A stretch of DNA of 63,854 nucleotides, counting the filler, from a bacterium (lineage in GTDB: Bacteria; JAJRZV01), in the NCBI GenBank assembly GCA_024275095.1. It is 7 parts of 7 records of this genome, joined end to end, with 100 filler letters (N's around TTAATTAATTAA, not from the genome) between each part and the next. Parts side by side here need not be neighbours in the genome. Positions count along the whole stretch, not along the records: positions 41,502 to 62,659 come from JAJRZV010000059.1; 6 more parts are not named here. One strand, given 5' to 3'. The translations under genes were made by a program, and so were the position numbers. The notes below the pieces were generated by a model. That model was given only the letters and a program-made list of their open reading frames with translations, made no database searches and was not told the origin of the DNA. Of the stretch, positions 42,212 to 51,964 are shown in pieces; the first letter of the stretch is position 1; each line of letters begins with the position of its first letter.

Positions 42212-45200
42212 TTAACCGGAATAAAAAACTTCCGCACTGTATTCCTTTTTAAATCGTTCAATTAATGACTCGCTGAAAGATACTCCAAATTCATCAGGAA
42301 GTGCCAAAACAGCCTCAAAACCCGAGGGGTAACGCAGGTACAGGAAAACCTTTATTCGCCCTTTGTGTTCCATAAGGATACCCCTTACTTTTTCAACATC
42401 ATCTTCAGAAAGCCCCACCGTATTGATTCGTATGTGTACACTCTTTGCAAACCGTCTGCGGGCTTCGTTAAAAGGGTAAACCTCCAGAGCCACGATTCTT
42501 GCTTTTCCCTCTGTATGGCTGTCAACCCGGCCCTTTATAATCAACACCTGATCTTCTATCTTTTCAGGGAGTTTTTTCAACGTATCCTCAAACATAAATA
42601 CCTCAACAAAACCCGTTACATCTTCCAGTATCAAGGATCCGACGGGTGTCCCCTTTTTGGACTTGCGCGATGCAAATCCGGTAGCAATACCTGCAACGAT
42701 AACCTCTTCAGAACGCACACGGCCGTGAGACAACTCATCTGCGGTAGTAGTAATGTACGGCCTGATTTTTCGCCACTGCTTTTCCAGAGGATGGCTGGAC
42801 ACGTAAAAACCCGTAACTTCCTTTTCATACTTGAGTAATACAGGCTCGGGCCATTCTTCCATTTCGGGTATTTCAACACGGGGCTTCACGCTGTCCGGTG
42901 AAAACATGCTTATCTGGTGCTGGTTCGTGTGTCCGCGGCTGAAAACCTCCACAATATGATCCAGAGCGGCCATCATCTGTGCTCTTTTATAGCCGCTGAA
43001 ATCAAAAGCACCTGCTTTAATCAAACTCTCCAGCACTCTCTTGTTCACCTTTCGGGAGTCCACACGAGAAGCAAAATCGACAATATCTTTGAATTCTCCC
43101 TCTTCTCTACACCGCAGAATTTCCTCTACAGCATTAAATCCTACATTCTTGATACCGGCAAGGCCGAACCGTATGGCATCTCCCTCAACAGTAAACCGAT
43201 CGAGAGAGCGATTCACATCCGGCGGCAAGATGCGTATACCCATTTCACGGGCAGCATTGAGATACTTTACTATATCGTCTGGTCTGTTAAAGGACGCATT
43301 CATGAGGGCGGCAAAATACTCCACTGGATAGTGGGCCTTCAAATAGGCTGTGATGTAAGCAAGGTAACCGTAAGCAGCACTGTGAGATTTGTTGAAACAG
43401 TACTCAGCGAACTTGCGAATGTTGTCAAACAACTCCTGAACTTTCTGACGCGGGAACCCGTTCTTCACCCCTCCCTCAACAAATTTTTCTTACAGTTCTT
43501 CCATCTTCTCACGCACCTTCTTACCCATGGCATACCTGAGCGTATCGGCTTCACTCATTGTGAATCCTGCTATTACCCGTGCGATCTCCATTACCTGTTC
43601 CTGGTACACGATCACCCCATACGTTTCTTCCAGCACGCTTTTAAGCGCTGGAAGTTCATAAGTGATCCTTTTGCGTCCGTGTCTGCGCTGAATAAAATCG
43701 TCCACCATTCCCGTCTCCAGCGGGCCCGGACGAAACAGTGCAACCGTGGCAATAAGATCAGAAAGCTTCTGAGGCTTCAGACGCCGCACCACCTCTGTCA
43801 TTCCCGGATTGGACAGCTGAAACACACCCTGTGTCTGACCCTCGGAAAGCATTTTGTAGGTAGCTGCGTCATCGAGCGGAATATCCTTTATATTGACGTC
43901 CTTTCCTCGATTCTTTTTCACCAGCTCAACGGTCTCGTAAATTGCGGTAACAGTATCGAGAGCCAGCAGGTCCAGCTTTACGTAACCGAGCCTGTCCACC
44001 ACATCCTTATCAAATTGTGTTGTCGGCACATTGCCTTTTCCTGCAAAAACCGGTAGTGATTCAATAACGGGTTCGGGGGTAATCACCAGCCCACCCGGAT
44101 GTGTTCCTGCCTGACGTACAACCCCCTCTATTCTCATCGCCACATCCACCATCTCCCTCATTTTTTTATCCTTGCGGTAAAGCTCTTTCAAGGGACCGGA
44201 CATTTCCAGAGCTTCCTTCAGGCTCTTCACACGTTCAGGGATCATTTTGGCGATTTTCTCCGTGTCACCAGTACTCACGCCATAGGCACGGCACACATCC
44301 CTGAGGGCCTGCTTCGCTCTCATGGTCTGAAATGTACCCACAAACGCAACGTGGTCTTCACCGTATCTTTTTCTCACGTACTCAATTACTTCATTGCGCC
44401 GTTCTTTACATACATCCACGTCAATGTCAGGGAGGGTCACCCTGTCGGGATTGAGGAACCTTTCAAAAAGCAAGCCATACTTGATTGGGTCTATATCCGT
44501 AATCCTCAGCGCGTACGAGACCAGGCTCCCGGCAGCAGAACCCCTGCCAGGCCCCACCGGTATACCGTTGTTTTTTGCAAAATTGACAATATCGGCAACA
44601 ATAAGAAAGTACTCGGCAAAACCCAGCTTGTTAATCATTTCAAGCTCGTGATTCAACCGGTCCACATAAACCTTCTCATCCGGCTTCCCCCCTGCTTCCT
44701 TCATTTCATCAAGTCGCTTTTTGAGACCTTCACGTGCTGTCTGACTCAAATACTCAGCAAGCGATAATTGCCCGGGAACCTCAAAGCGTGGAAAGTGTGG
44801 CTTGCCAAACTCGATTTCTACATTACACATTTCCGCAATTTCCAGCGTATTGGCAAGTGCCCTTTCTATGTGGCCGAAATGGGCTTCCATTTCCTCCGGC
44901 GATTTAAAATAAAATTCCTGGGATTTAAACCTGAAACGGTTTTCATCAGTAAGTTTATTGCCGGTTTGAATGCACAAGAGCACCTCGTGCACACTCGCAT
45001 CTTCCCGGTACAGGTAGTGCACGTCCGCGGTAGCAACGAGTTTAATATTCATACGTCTCGCCAGATCGAGGAGCCCTTCGTTAACAATACGCTGCTCTTC
45101 TATTCCATTTTCCATAAGTTCAAGATAAAACCTGTCCCTGCCGAAAAGAGACAGGTAAAATTCTGCTATTTCCTCCGCTTTCTTCTGGTCCCCTCTGAGC

Positions 45201-45652
45201 AGATAGTAAGGGATCTCCCCGTGCAAACATGCAGAACAGGCAATAAGTCCCCGGCTGTGCTGCTGGAGCAATTCTTTATCTATGCGGGGTTTATAATAAA
45301 AACCTTCTGTAAAGGCACAGGACGAAAGCTTTTGTAGATTTTTAAGGCCGATATTATCAACGGCCAGGAGTAAAAGATGAAAAGCGTAGCCTTCCACTTT
45401 TGATTCCCTTTTTTTCTCCTTTCGGCTTCCTGGAGCAACATAGGCTTCCATTCCTATAATAGGCTTGATGCCATGACGAGACATTTCTTCGTAAAAGGGG
45501 ATTATTCCGTGCAAATTGCCATGATCGGTCAAAGCCACAGAATTCATGTTAAACTTCTTAACCATCGGGGCGAGTTCATTAAACCGGATGAATCCGTCCA
45601 GCATGCTGTACTGACTGTGAAGGTGCAGGTGAACAAATGCTTTCTTGCCCAT
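42212..45652 (-). CDS. dnaE: DNA polymerase III alpha subunit; one in-frame TAA at 43490-43492
   Basis: PHP HLHLHSQYSMLDG, GRGSAAGS, FERFLNP, PDIDVD, YQEQVM; KMEEL*EKFVEG continues in frame to FNKSHSAAY, HhH and OB domains. Confidence 0.96.
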
Positions 45653-45690
45653 GGTCTTTAGGTTACAGCCAGGTCATCAAAAAGGCAAGC

Positions 45691-46977
45691 TCACCTGTTT
45701 GAATAAAATCTGCTCTTTTTGTTTTCAATGGCGGCTTCGTAGATTTCGTTAAGTTTTTGAAGAAAAATAATGAGTTCTGAAACATCAGTCGGGGTAAAAC
45801 GATCGGGTCCCCCATCACCGTACAGTACATTAACCACCTTTCCGCGGAAAATCACGGGGATGAGGAAAGCACTCTTTGGAGGGTCACCGCCCAGGATGTT
45901 AATAAACATTTCATCAACAGGCGAAGGAAACAATGGTCCAATGTAATGGGCTCGAGAACGCACCACAAATCCAAAAGTAGAGCGCTCATCCACCGTGAAT
46001 ATGGCGGTCCTCAGGCGCTGTCTCACCTCGTCTGGCGCGGCCGCGTCCCATCCCATGATGAAACCCTTACGCACGGTAAAAATAGCCACCCTCTCAAAAA
46101 AGTTGGATGCAAAGCCCAGCACACCTCTTGCGATCTCGTCACGCGATGAAGCACTTTTCAATAACGCATCAGCCTCTCCGCGAGAGAGCACAGGTATTGC
46201 TTCATCCAGGGACTCGGTAAGTTCAATTTCTTCCTCTGCTGGCTCAATCTCCTCTTCCACTTCTTCAAGAAGAAGAATCTCTTCCTCTTTCTCTTCCTCT
46301 TTTGGCTCTTCTAAACTTTCGCCTTCCTCTTTTTCCTCCTCCACTTCTTCTCTTTGTTCTTGTATAGCCTCTTCCATTGCCCAGCGAGCCTTTATGTCCT
46401 CTGGTACCTCAATTTCAGGTAATTCTTCTTCCACCTCTTCCTTTCTTTCTTCTACCAGTTCCAGGCCCCTGCGCCTGCGTTTCTGGTAAGCCTCGCGTGT
46501 CTCCCTCATGGTCAGCGTGACGAAGCGAGGGTCCCGACGTATGCCGTAAAGTTTCTCAAGCAAAAGACGAAATGTAACCTCAGGGACCACAAGAGGTTTT
46601 ATGCGTTTGCCCAGCTTGAATTCAGCCTCTTCCAGGGCCTTCAAATCACCGGGGTCGAGCACAATGGCAATAACTTCCCTCCCTGAAGAACGAAGCGGTA
46701 TCACACCTGTCTTTTCCACTGTCTGGCGGTCAAGTGCACCAAGCATGCTGCGGTCAAGTTTGCGCAGATCCTCTAATCGAACAGGTGGAACTTTATGATA
46801 CTCAGCAAGCGCCTTTGCCAGCTCTCTCTCAGTAATGATACCCATATCCAGCAAATTGGTACCAAGCCTGCCTCCGAAAACAAACTGGGCACTGATTGCT
46901 TCATCAAGCTCTTCCTGGCTGATATACCCCTTGCGTACAAGGAATTCTCCAAACAATTCTCTGCCTCTTGCACTCAT
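45691..46977 (-). CDS. GspE-N/MshEN domain protein without ATPase; acidic linker and GAF-like C-terminal domain
   Basis: FGEFLVRKGYISQEELDEAISAQ and RLGTNLLDMGIITERELAKAL; no Walker A. Confidence 0.75.
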   Translation of the reverse strand: MSARGRELFGEFLVRKGYISQEELDEAISAQFVFGGRLGTNLLDMGIITERELAKALAEYHKVPPVRLEDLRKLDRSMLGALDRQTVEKTGVIPLRSSGREVIAIVLDPGDLKALEEAEFKLGKRIKPLVVPEVTFRLLLEKLYGIRRDPRFVTLTMRETREAYQKRRRRGLELVEERKEEVEEELPEIEVPEDIKARWAMEEAIQEQREEVEEEKEEGESLEEPKEEEKEEEILLLEEVEEEIEPAEEEIELTESLDEAIPVLSRGEADALLKSASSRDEIARGVLGFASNFFERVAIFTVRKGFIMGWDAAAPDEVRQRLRTAIFTVDERSTFGFVVRSRAHYIGPLFPSPVDEMFINILGGDPPKSAFLIPVIFRGKVVNVLYGDGGPDRFTPTDVSELIIFLQKLNEIYEAAIENKKSRFYSNR

Positions 46978-48260
46978 TCAGCCGCCTCTGCTTCCTCGAG
47001 TGTCGTTTCTACAGGAGATATTTTTACACGTTCACCTTCCCACCGGGATACAACCACAGATCCCGTCACATCCGACCACACGTTGACTGTGGTACGCATC
47101 ATATCCAGCACGCGGTCAACTGCGAGAATGAGCCCCACACCTTCGAGAGGTAAGCCCACGGCTTTCAGCACCACCGCAAGCATAACCAGACCGGCCATGG
47201 GAATACCTGCGGCACCGACAGAAGCGAGAAGAGCTGTTGCTGCAACAATCATCTGTTGCCCAAACGAAAGATCTATCCCGTATGCCTGCGCAACAAACAC
47301 CGCTGCCACACATTCGTACAGTGCCGTCCCATCCATATTCACCGTAGCCCCAAGTGGTAGCACGAAACCGGCAATTCTATTCGGGATGCCAGCTCCCCTC
47401 TCCGCTCTCTCCAGTGTAATGGGTAAGGTAGCAGACGATGAACTGGTGGAAAAAGCTGTGAGCAATGCAGGAGACACGGCTCTGCATATTTTTACAGGAC
47501 TTGTACCACCGAGAACTCTCTGGATAATGGGCAGAGTTACAAAGGCATGAAAAGCCAGGCCCAGTGTCACTGTTACAGCATACTTACCGAGGAAAGCAAA
47601 AGTTTCCATGCCAGAGCGGGCAATTGTTGCCGCGATAAGTGCAAAAACACCGATCGGAGCGAAACGGATAATAAGACCCGTCATGTCCATCATAAGCTCG
47701 AAAATTCCCTCAACCAGGGTTACAAGAGAATGTCTTTTCTCCTCATTTTTCATACGGATGATAAAAAAGCCGCATAACAGAGCAAATATGATTATCTGAA
47801 TCATATTACCATCTGCCAGGGCTTTTACCGGGTTGGCAGGCAAAAGATTGACAAGGACGTCGCTCAGACTGCCCGAAAAGCTTTTCACCTGGTGTGGGAC
47901 AAAACCTGCTGAGAGGTTGGCCCCGGCGCCTGGCCTGATAACGTTCACAAGCAATTGCCCTGTAAATATGGCTGCAAGGCTTGAAAGTATGTAATAGACG
48001 AATGTTTTTCCTGCCAGCCTGCCCACAGCTCTACTTCCTGCACCAAATGTCCCGGCTGCAACAGATGCAAATACCAGAGGCACGATAATCATCTGGAGTG
48101 CTCGAAGAAACAGTTTACCCAGCGCCTCAACTTTCAGGGCGAATCCTGGAAAAAAGTATCCTGCTATTGCACCGAGCACGACACCTGCACCAATCTGCCA
48201 GTGGAGGGGTACTTTACTAATTGTTCTTGCAAATCCCTTCATCACTTGGCATTTTTTCAC
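46974..48260 (-). CDS. Dicarboxylate/amino acid:cation symporter (DAACS, GltP-like)
   Basis: AFSTSSSSATLP, GATVNMDGTALY, DRVLDMMRTTVNV. Confidence 0.95.
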   Translation of the reverse strand: MKKCQVMKGFARTISKVPLHWQIGAGVVLGAIAGYFFPGFALKVEALGKLFLRALQMIIVPLVFASVAAGTFGAGSRAVGRLAGKTFVYYILSSLAAIFTGQLLVNVIRPGAGANLSAGFVPHQVKSFSGSLSDVLVNLLPANPVKALADGNMIQIIIFALLCGFFIIRMKNEEKRHSLVTLVEGIFELMMDMTGLIIRFAPIGVFALIAATIARSGMETFAFLGKYAVTVTLGLAFHAFVTLPIIQRVLGGTSPVKICRAVSPALLTAFSTSSSSATLPITLERAERGAGIPNRIAGFVLPLGATVNMDGTALYECVAAVFVAQAYGIDLSFGQQMIVAATALLASVGAAGIPMAGLVMLAVVLKAVGLPLEGVGLILAVDRVLDMMRTTVNVWSDVTGSVVVSRWEGERVKISPVETTLEEAEAAE

Positions 48261-48340
48261 AGCAGCGTCCCTGTCTCAAGCAGAGAATATAGCAAATATT
48301 TCCTTGAGTAAGAGCTCTGGGTGAATAAAATGATGAAATC

Positions 48341-49927
48341 ATGAAAAAGACAATTCTTAATTTCGGTCTTGCAATCCTTTCTTCTCTCCTGTTTGCGCTT
48401 TCGTTCCCATCAGCAGGAATATTCCCCCTGATGTTCATATCCATTATCCTGCTGCTCCTCGTCCTTGAGCAATTTGCTTCATCCTCTCGGGCTGCATGGG
48501 CGGGTTTCCTGTGGGGTTACGCCGGGGGGGTATTCACACTTTACTGGCTCGTTTATACCCTGGGCACATACGGAGAAATGCACTGGCTCCTGGCACTCAT
48601 CACATTCCTGCTGATGAATGCGTACCTCTCAATTTATCCTGCCGGGCTCTTTTACATTCTTTACAGGATGCGCCCTCTGAACGACTCGCTGTGGAAGCCT
48701 GCGGCAGCTGCTGCGCTTTTCACGGCCATGGAATACCTTCGAGGCAACGTACTTACGGGATTTCCGTGGACTAACATCGGTTATGCTCTTGCACAGTGGA
48801 AAATCTATGCACAGGCGGCAGACCTGGGTGGTGTATATCTTCTAACTTTTGTGACCGTGTTTATAAGTGCACACGGCTATTGTGCCTTATCCAGCATCAG
48901 TAACAAAAAATCCCGAAATAAAATCTCCCATTTTGCACTCTGTGCGTGTGGGCTGGCACTGTTACTTCTCTATGGTGCGTATGCACAGCTCGCGTATCAA
49001 CAATCATCTTCATCTCGAAAAATTGCATTCGCCGTAATTCAGGGCAACATAGACCAGGCCCAGAAATGGGATCCCGCATATCGCAGGGCCACCGTGGATA
49101 AATACCAACGCTTAACGCTATCAGCCCTCCGGAAGGGACCGGTGGACCTCGTTATCTGGCCAGAAACGGCGACACCGTTTTTCTTTCGGCACAGTTTCAC
49201 CTGGAAAGACACAATAAAAGACTTTGTACGGAGTATTTCCACGCCTCTCTTTTTCGGTACCCCGGACTACGAATTCACAAAAGGTCGCATCCGCTACCTC
49301 AACACTGCACTGCTTCTCTTACCTTCAGGAGAAATAAAAGGCATGTATAGAAAAGTACACCTTGTACCGTTTGGAGAGTTCATACCACTTTATGACTACC
49401 TTAAATTTCTTGCAAAACTTTTCCCTGCCGCAGGAATCTTTTCATCGGGAACCACTCCGGCTCCCGTGCCCTGGAATTCCACCATCCTTGCACCTCTTAT
49501 ATGCTATGAGGCCATATTTCCAGAATTGACGCGCATACAGGTGAGAGAGGGAGCAGCCTTTCTCATCAACATCACAAACGATGCGTGGTTTGGCAAAACC
49601 TCAGCCCCTTACCAGCACTTTAACATTTCAGCATTGAGAGCAATAGAGATGCGACGTCCTCTCGTAAGAGCCGCCAACACGGGCATTTCAGGTGCTGTGG
49701 ATCCATCAGGTCACATGCTGTTCAGCACATCCATATTCACTGATGCAGCAGAAAGAGTGGAGGTTAGGGTACCCCTTATGAAAAAAACACTTTATCTCGT
49801 GTGGGGAGACTGGTTCGCGTTACTGTGTCTTTTTGTATCTGGATTTGTGATGTTAAGATTATGGTCTCATGAAAAAACCTGGCAAGTTATAATATCTACA
49901 AGGAGGCATGATGGAAACACTGCGTGA
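48341..49927 (+). CDS. lnt: Apolipoprotein N-acyltransferase
   Basis: TGFPW, QGNI, WPE, KVHLVPFGEF, ICYE, TNDAWFG, RAANTGIS. Confidence 0.96.
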   Translation: MKKTILNFGLAILSSLLFALSFPSAGIFPLMFISIILLLLVLEQFASSSRAAWAGFLWGYAGGVFTLYWLVYTLGTYGEMHWLLALITFLLMNAYLSIYPAGLFYILYRMRPLNDSLWKPAAAAALFTAMEYLRGNVLTGFPWTNIGYALAQWKIYAQAADLGGVYLLTFVTVFISAHGYCALSSISNKKSRNKISHFALCACGLALLLLYGAYAQLAYQQSSSSRKIAFAVIQGNIDQAQKWDPAYRRATVDKYQRLTLSALRKGPVDLVIWPETATPFFFRHSFTWKDTIKDFVRSISTPLFFGTPDYEFTKGRIRYLNTALLLLPSGEIKGMYRKVHLVPFGEFIPLYDYLKFLAKLFPAAGIFSSGTTPAPVPWNSTILAPLICYEAIFPELTRIQVREGAAFLINITNDAWFGKTSAPYQHFNISALRAIEMRRPLVRAANTGISGAVDPSGHMLFSTSIFTDAAERVEVRVPLMKKTLYLVWGDWFALLCLFVSGFVMLRLWSHEKTWQVIISTRRHDGNTA

Positions 49928-51033
49928 AAACATACAGGAGTTGCGCAGAAAATTCGAGAACATAAGGGGGTATCTTTGACGTTGAAAGCCTGCAACGTGA
50001 ACTTGAAGAAATAGAAAAAACTTTCGCCAGCGAGGAAACCTGGAAAAATCCGGAGAAAGCAGCCTCTCTGAACAAGAAAAAAAGTGACATAGAAAAAATA
50101 CTTTCTCGAGTAGATGAAGCTGCATCAAACATAGAAGAACTCGAAGCATACGCGGAACTTCTTGAAGAAGAACCTGACCAGGAAACGCAGGAGGAAGCGC
50201 AGAGGTTGTTGTAAAAAGTGGAATCCGAGCTTCATTCCCTGGAGATAGAACGACTGTTCAGCGGTGAAAACGATCACAGAAACGCCATTCTTTCCATTCA
50301 GGCAGGAGCCGGAGGAACAGAAGCCATGGACTGGGCGGAAATGCTCCTGCGCATGTACCTGCGCTACGCAGAAAGGAAAAATTTTGATGTGGAAATTGCT
50401 GACATTCAGCACGGTGAAGAAGCAGGCGTAAAAAGTGCAACCGTCTTCATCCGCGGGCGAAATGCCTACGGCCTGCTCAAGGCAGAAAGCGGAGTTCACC
50501 GGCTCGTGCGTATATCACCGTTCGACGCGAACCACCGCCGGCATACGTCTTTTGCTTCGGTCAATGTAATACCGGAAATAGATGACGATATAAAAATTGA
50601 AATCAAACCTGATGATTTAAAAATCGAAACCATGAGAGCCTCCGGCCACGGCGGACAGCATGTCAACAAAACCGAATCTGCCGTACGCATTACTCATATC
50701 CCCACTGGAATTGTTGTCCACTGCCAGAGCGAACGTTCACAGCACCAGAACAAAGCCACCGCCATGAAAATCCTGAAAGCACGGCTGTACGAACTGGAGC
50801 TCAAAAAGCGCATGGAAGAAAAGGAAAAACAATACGCTCAACAGAAAAAAATTGAGTGGGGAAGTCAGATCCGCTCTTATGTACTCCATCCTTACAAAAT
50901 GGTTAAAGACCACCGCACGGGCGTGGAATCCCCCACGCCGGACCGTGTGCTTGACGGGGAGCTGGACGAATTTATAGAGGCGTACCTGCTTCAGCAGCAA
51001 TCAGAAGAAACCACGGCAGCACAGGCCAGGTAA
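49911..51033 (+). CDS. prfB: Peptide chain release factor 2; programmed +1 frameshift at 49974-49980 plus in-frame TAA at 50212-50214
   Basis: AGGAGG RBS; AGGGGG-TAT-CTT-TGA-C slip site; [21 protein letters not shown]. Confidence 0.96.
49965..49980 (+). promoter_or_regulatory. prfB programmed +1 ribosomal frameshift signal
   Basis: Internal SD AGGGGG, 3 nt, CTT TGA C. Confidence 0.95.
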
Positions 51034-51050
51034 GAGAACGGGCGGATATT

Positions 51051-51944
51051 GTGAAAACTGTCCCAGAGTGCATTCCCTGCTTTATCGACGATATATCCGG
51101 AGCATTGAACGCACTGGACGCAACAGAAGCTCAAAAGAAAGAGTTTCTTCTCACTGCACTGCGATACCTTGCAGATAATGTTACATATACGCGCATCCCT
51201 TCTGTACACATCACGGCGCTACATAGAAAGCTAAAAGCATACCTTGAGGAACCGTATCCCTTTCGCGAGCTGCGCTCGCTGTGTAACCGGGCGGGGGTAA
51301 AACTCCGCGAAAGGCTCCTTCAAAAACTGGAGTTCCTGAATACGAAGGCATTTGTACGTGAAGCTGTTATCTGGAGCATCGTGGGCAACCATCTCGACAT
51401 GCGAACCATCGGCGTGGGTTACCAAAAAGGCGCGGATGAAATCATGCGGGACCTGAAGGGCATCTACGAAGAAGGGCTTGCCGTGGACCATGTAGAAAAA
51501 CTCATTCACCTGACCAAGGGAAGCAGCGTGCTTTTCATCCACGACAACGTCGGCGAAATCGCCCTTGACGCGATTCTCATGAAAGCACTTCGAAAAGCGG
51601 GGGCTGTTCACATCACATCAGCCCTTCGCACCGCACCTCTTACCTCTGACGCCACGTTGGAAGATGGATACGCAGTGGGATTACACGAATTTGCGGATGA
51701 TTTAATCCCCGCCTGTCCCGATACGCTTGGCGTACTGAAAGAAGAGATGACACTGGAGCTGGAAAAAGCACTGCACACCCACGACCTCATCATCACCAAA
51801 GGACAGGCCAATTTTTATTCTTTTATCAATCTCAGGGAAGAACTCAACAACCCCCTCTGTTTCCTTCTGCGTACAAAATGTAACCCTGTCGCCCGCCTGC
51901 TCGGGAGTGAAAAAGCCCGTGTTAATGTCTGTTACGTGATTTAG
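51051..51944 (+). CDS. ARMT1/DUF89 damage-control phosphatase
   Basis: ECIPC, GNHLD, DNVGEIALD, SDAT, KGQANF, KC. Confidence 0.9.
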   Translation: MKTVPECIPCFIDDISGALNALDATEAQKKEFLLTALRYLADNVTYTRIPSVHITALHRKLKAYLEEPYPFRELRSLCNRAGVKLRERLLQKLEFLNTKAFVREAVIWSIVGNHLDMRTIGVGYQKGADEIMRDLKGIYEEGLAVDHVEKLIHLTKGSSVLFIHDNVGEIALDAILMKALRKAGAVHITSALRTAPLTSDATLEDGYAVGLHEFADDLIPACPDTLGVLKEEMTLELEKALHTHDLIITKGQANFYSFINLREELNNPLCFLLRTKCNPVARLLGSEKARVNVCYVI

Positions 51945-51964
51945 CGGCAACCGGCACTACACTA

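Noticed and set aside
42917-44056. Long antisense ORFs (also 3369-4433, 4612-5397, 46795-47550)
   Set aside because: Shadows of well-supported genes on the opposite strand, with no recognisable motifs.
42212-45652. Split-intein dnaE
   Set aside because: No intein N- or C-terminal sequence; the two parts are contiguous in one frame and separated only by TAA.
46240-46460. Glu-rich low-complexity tract as a DNA repeat
   Set aside because: Explained by the acidic linker of the GspE-N protein.
49974-49980. prfB frameshift as a defect or novelty
   Set aside because: It is the well-known autoregulatory +1 frameshift.
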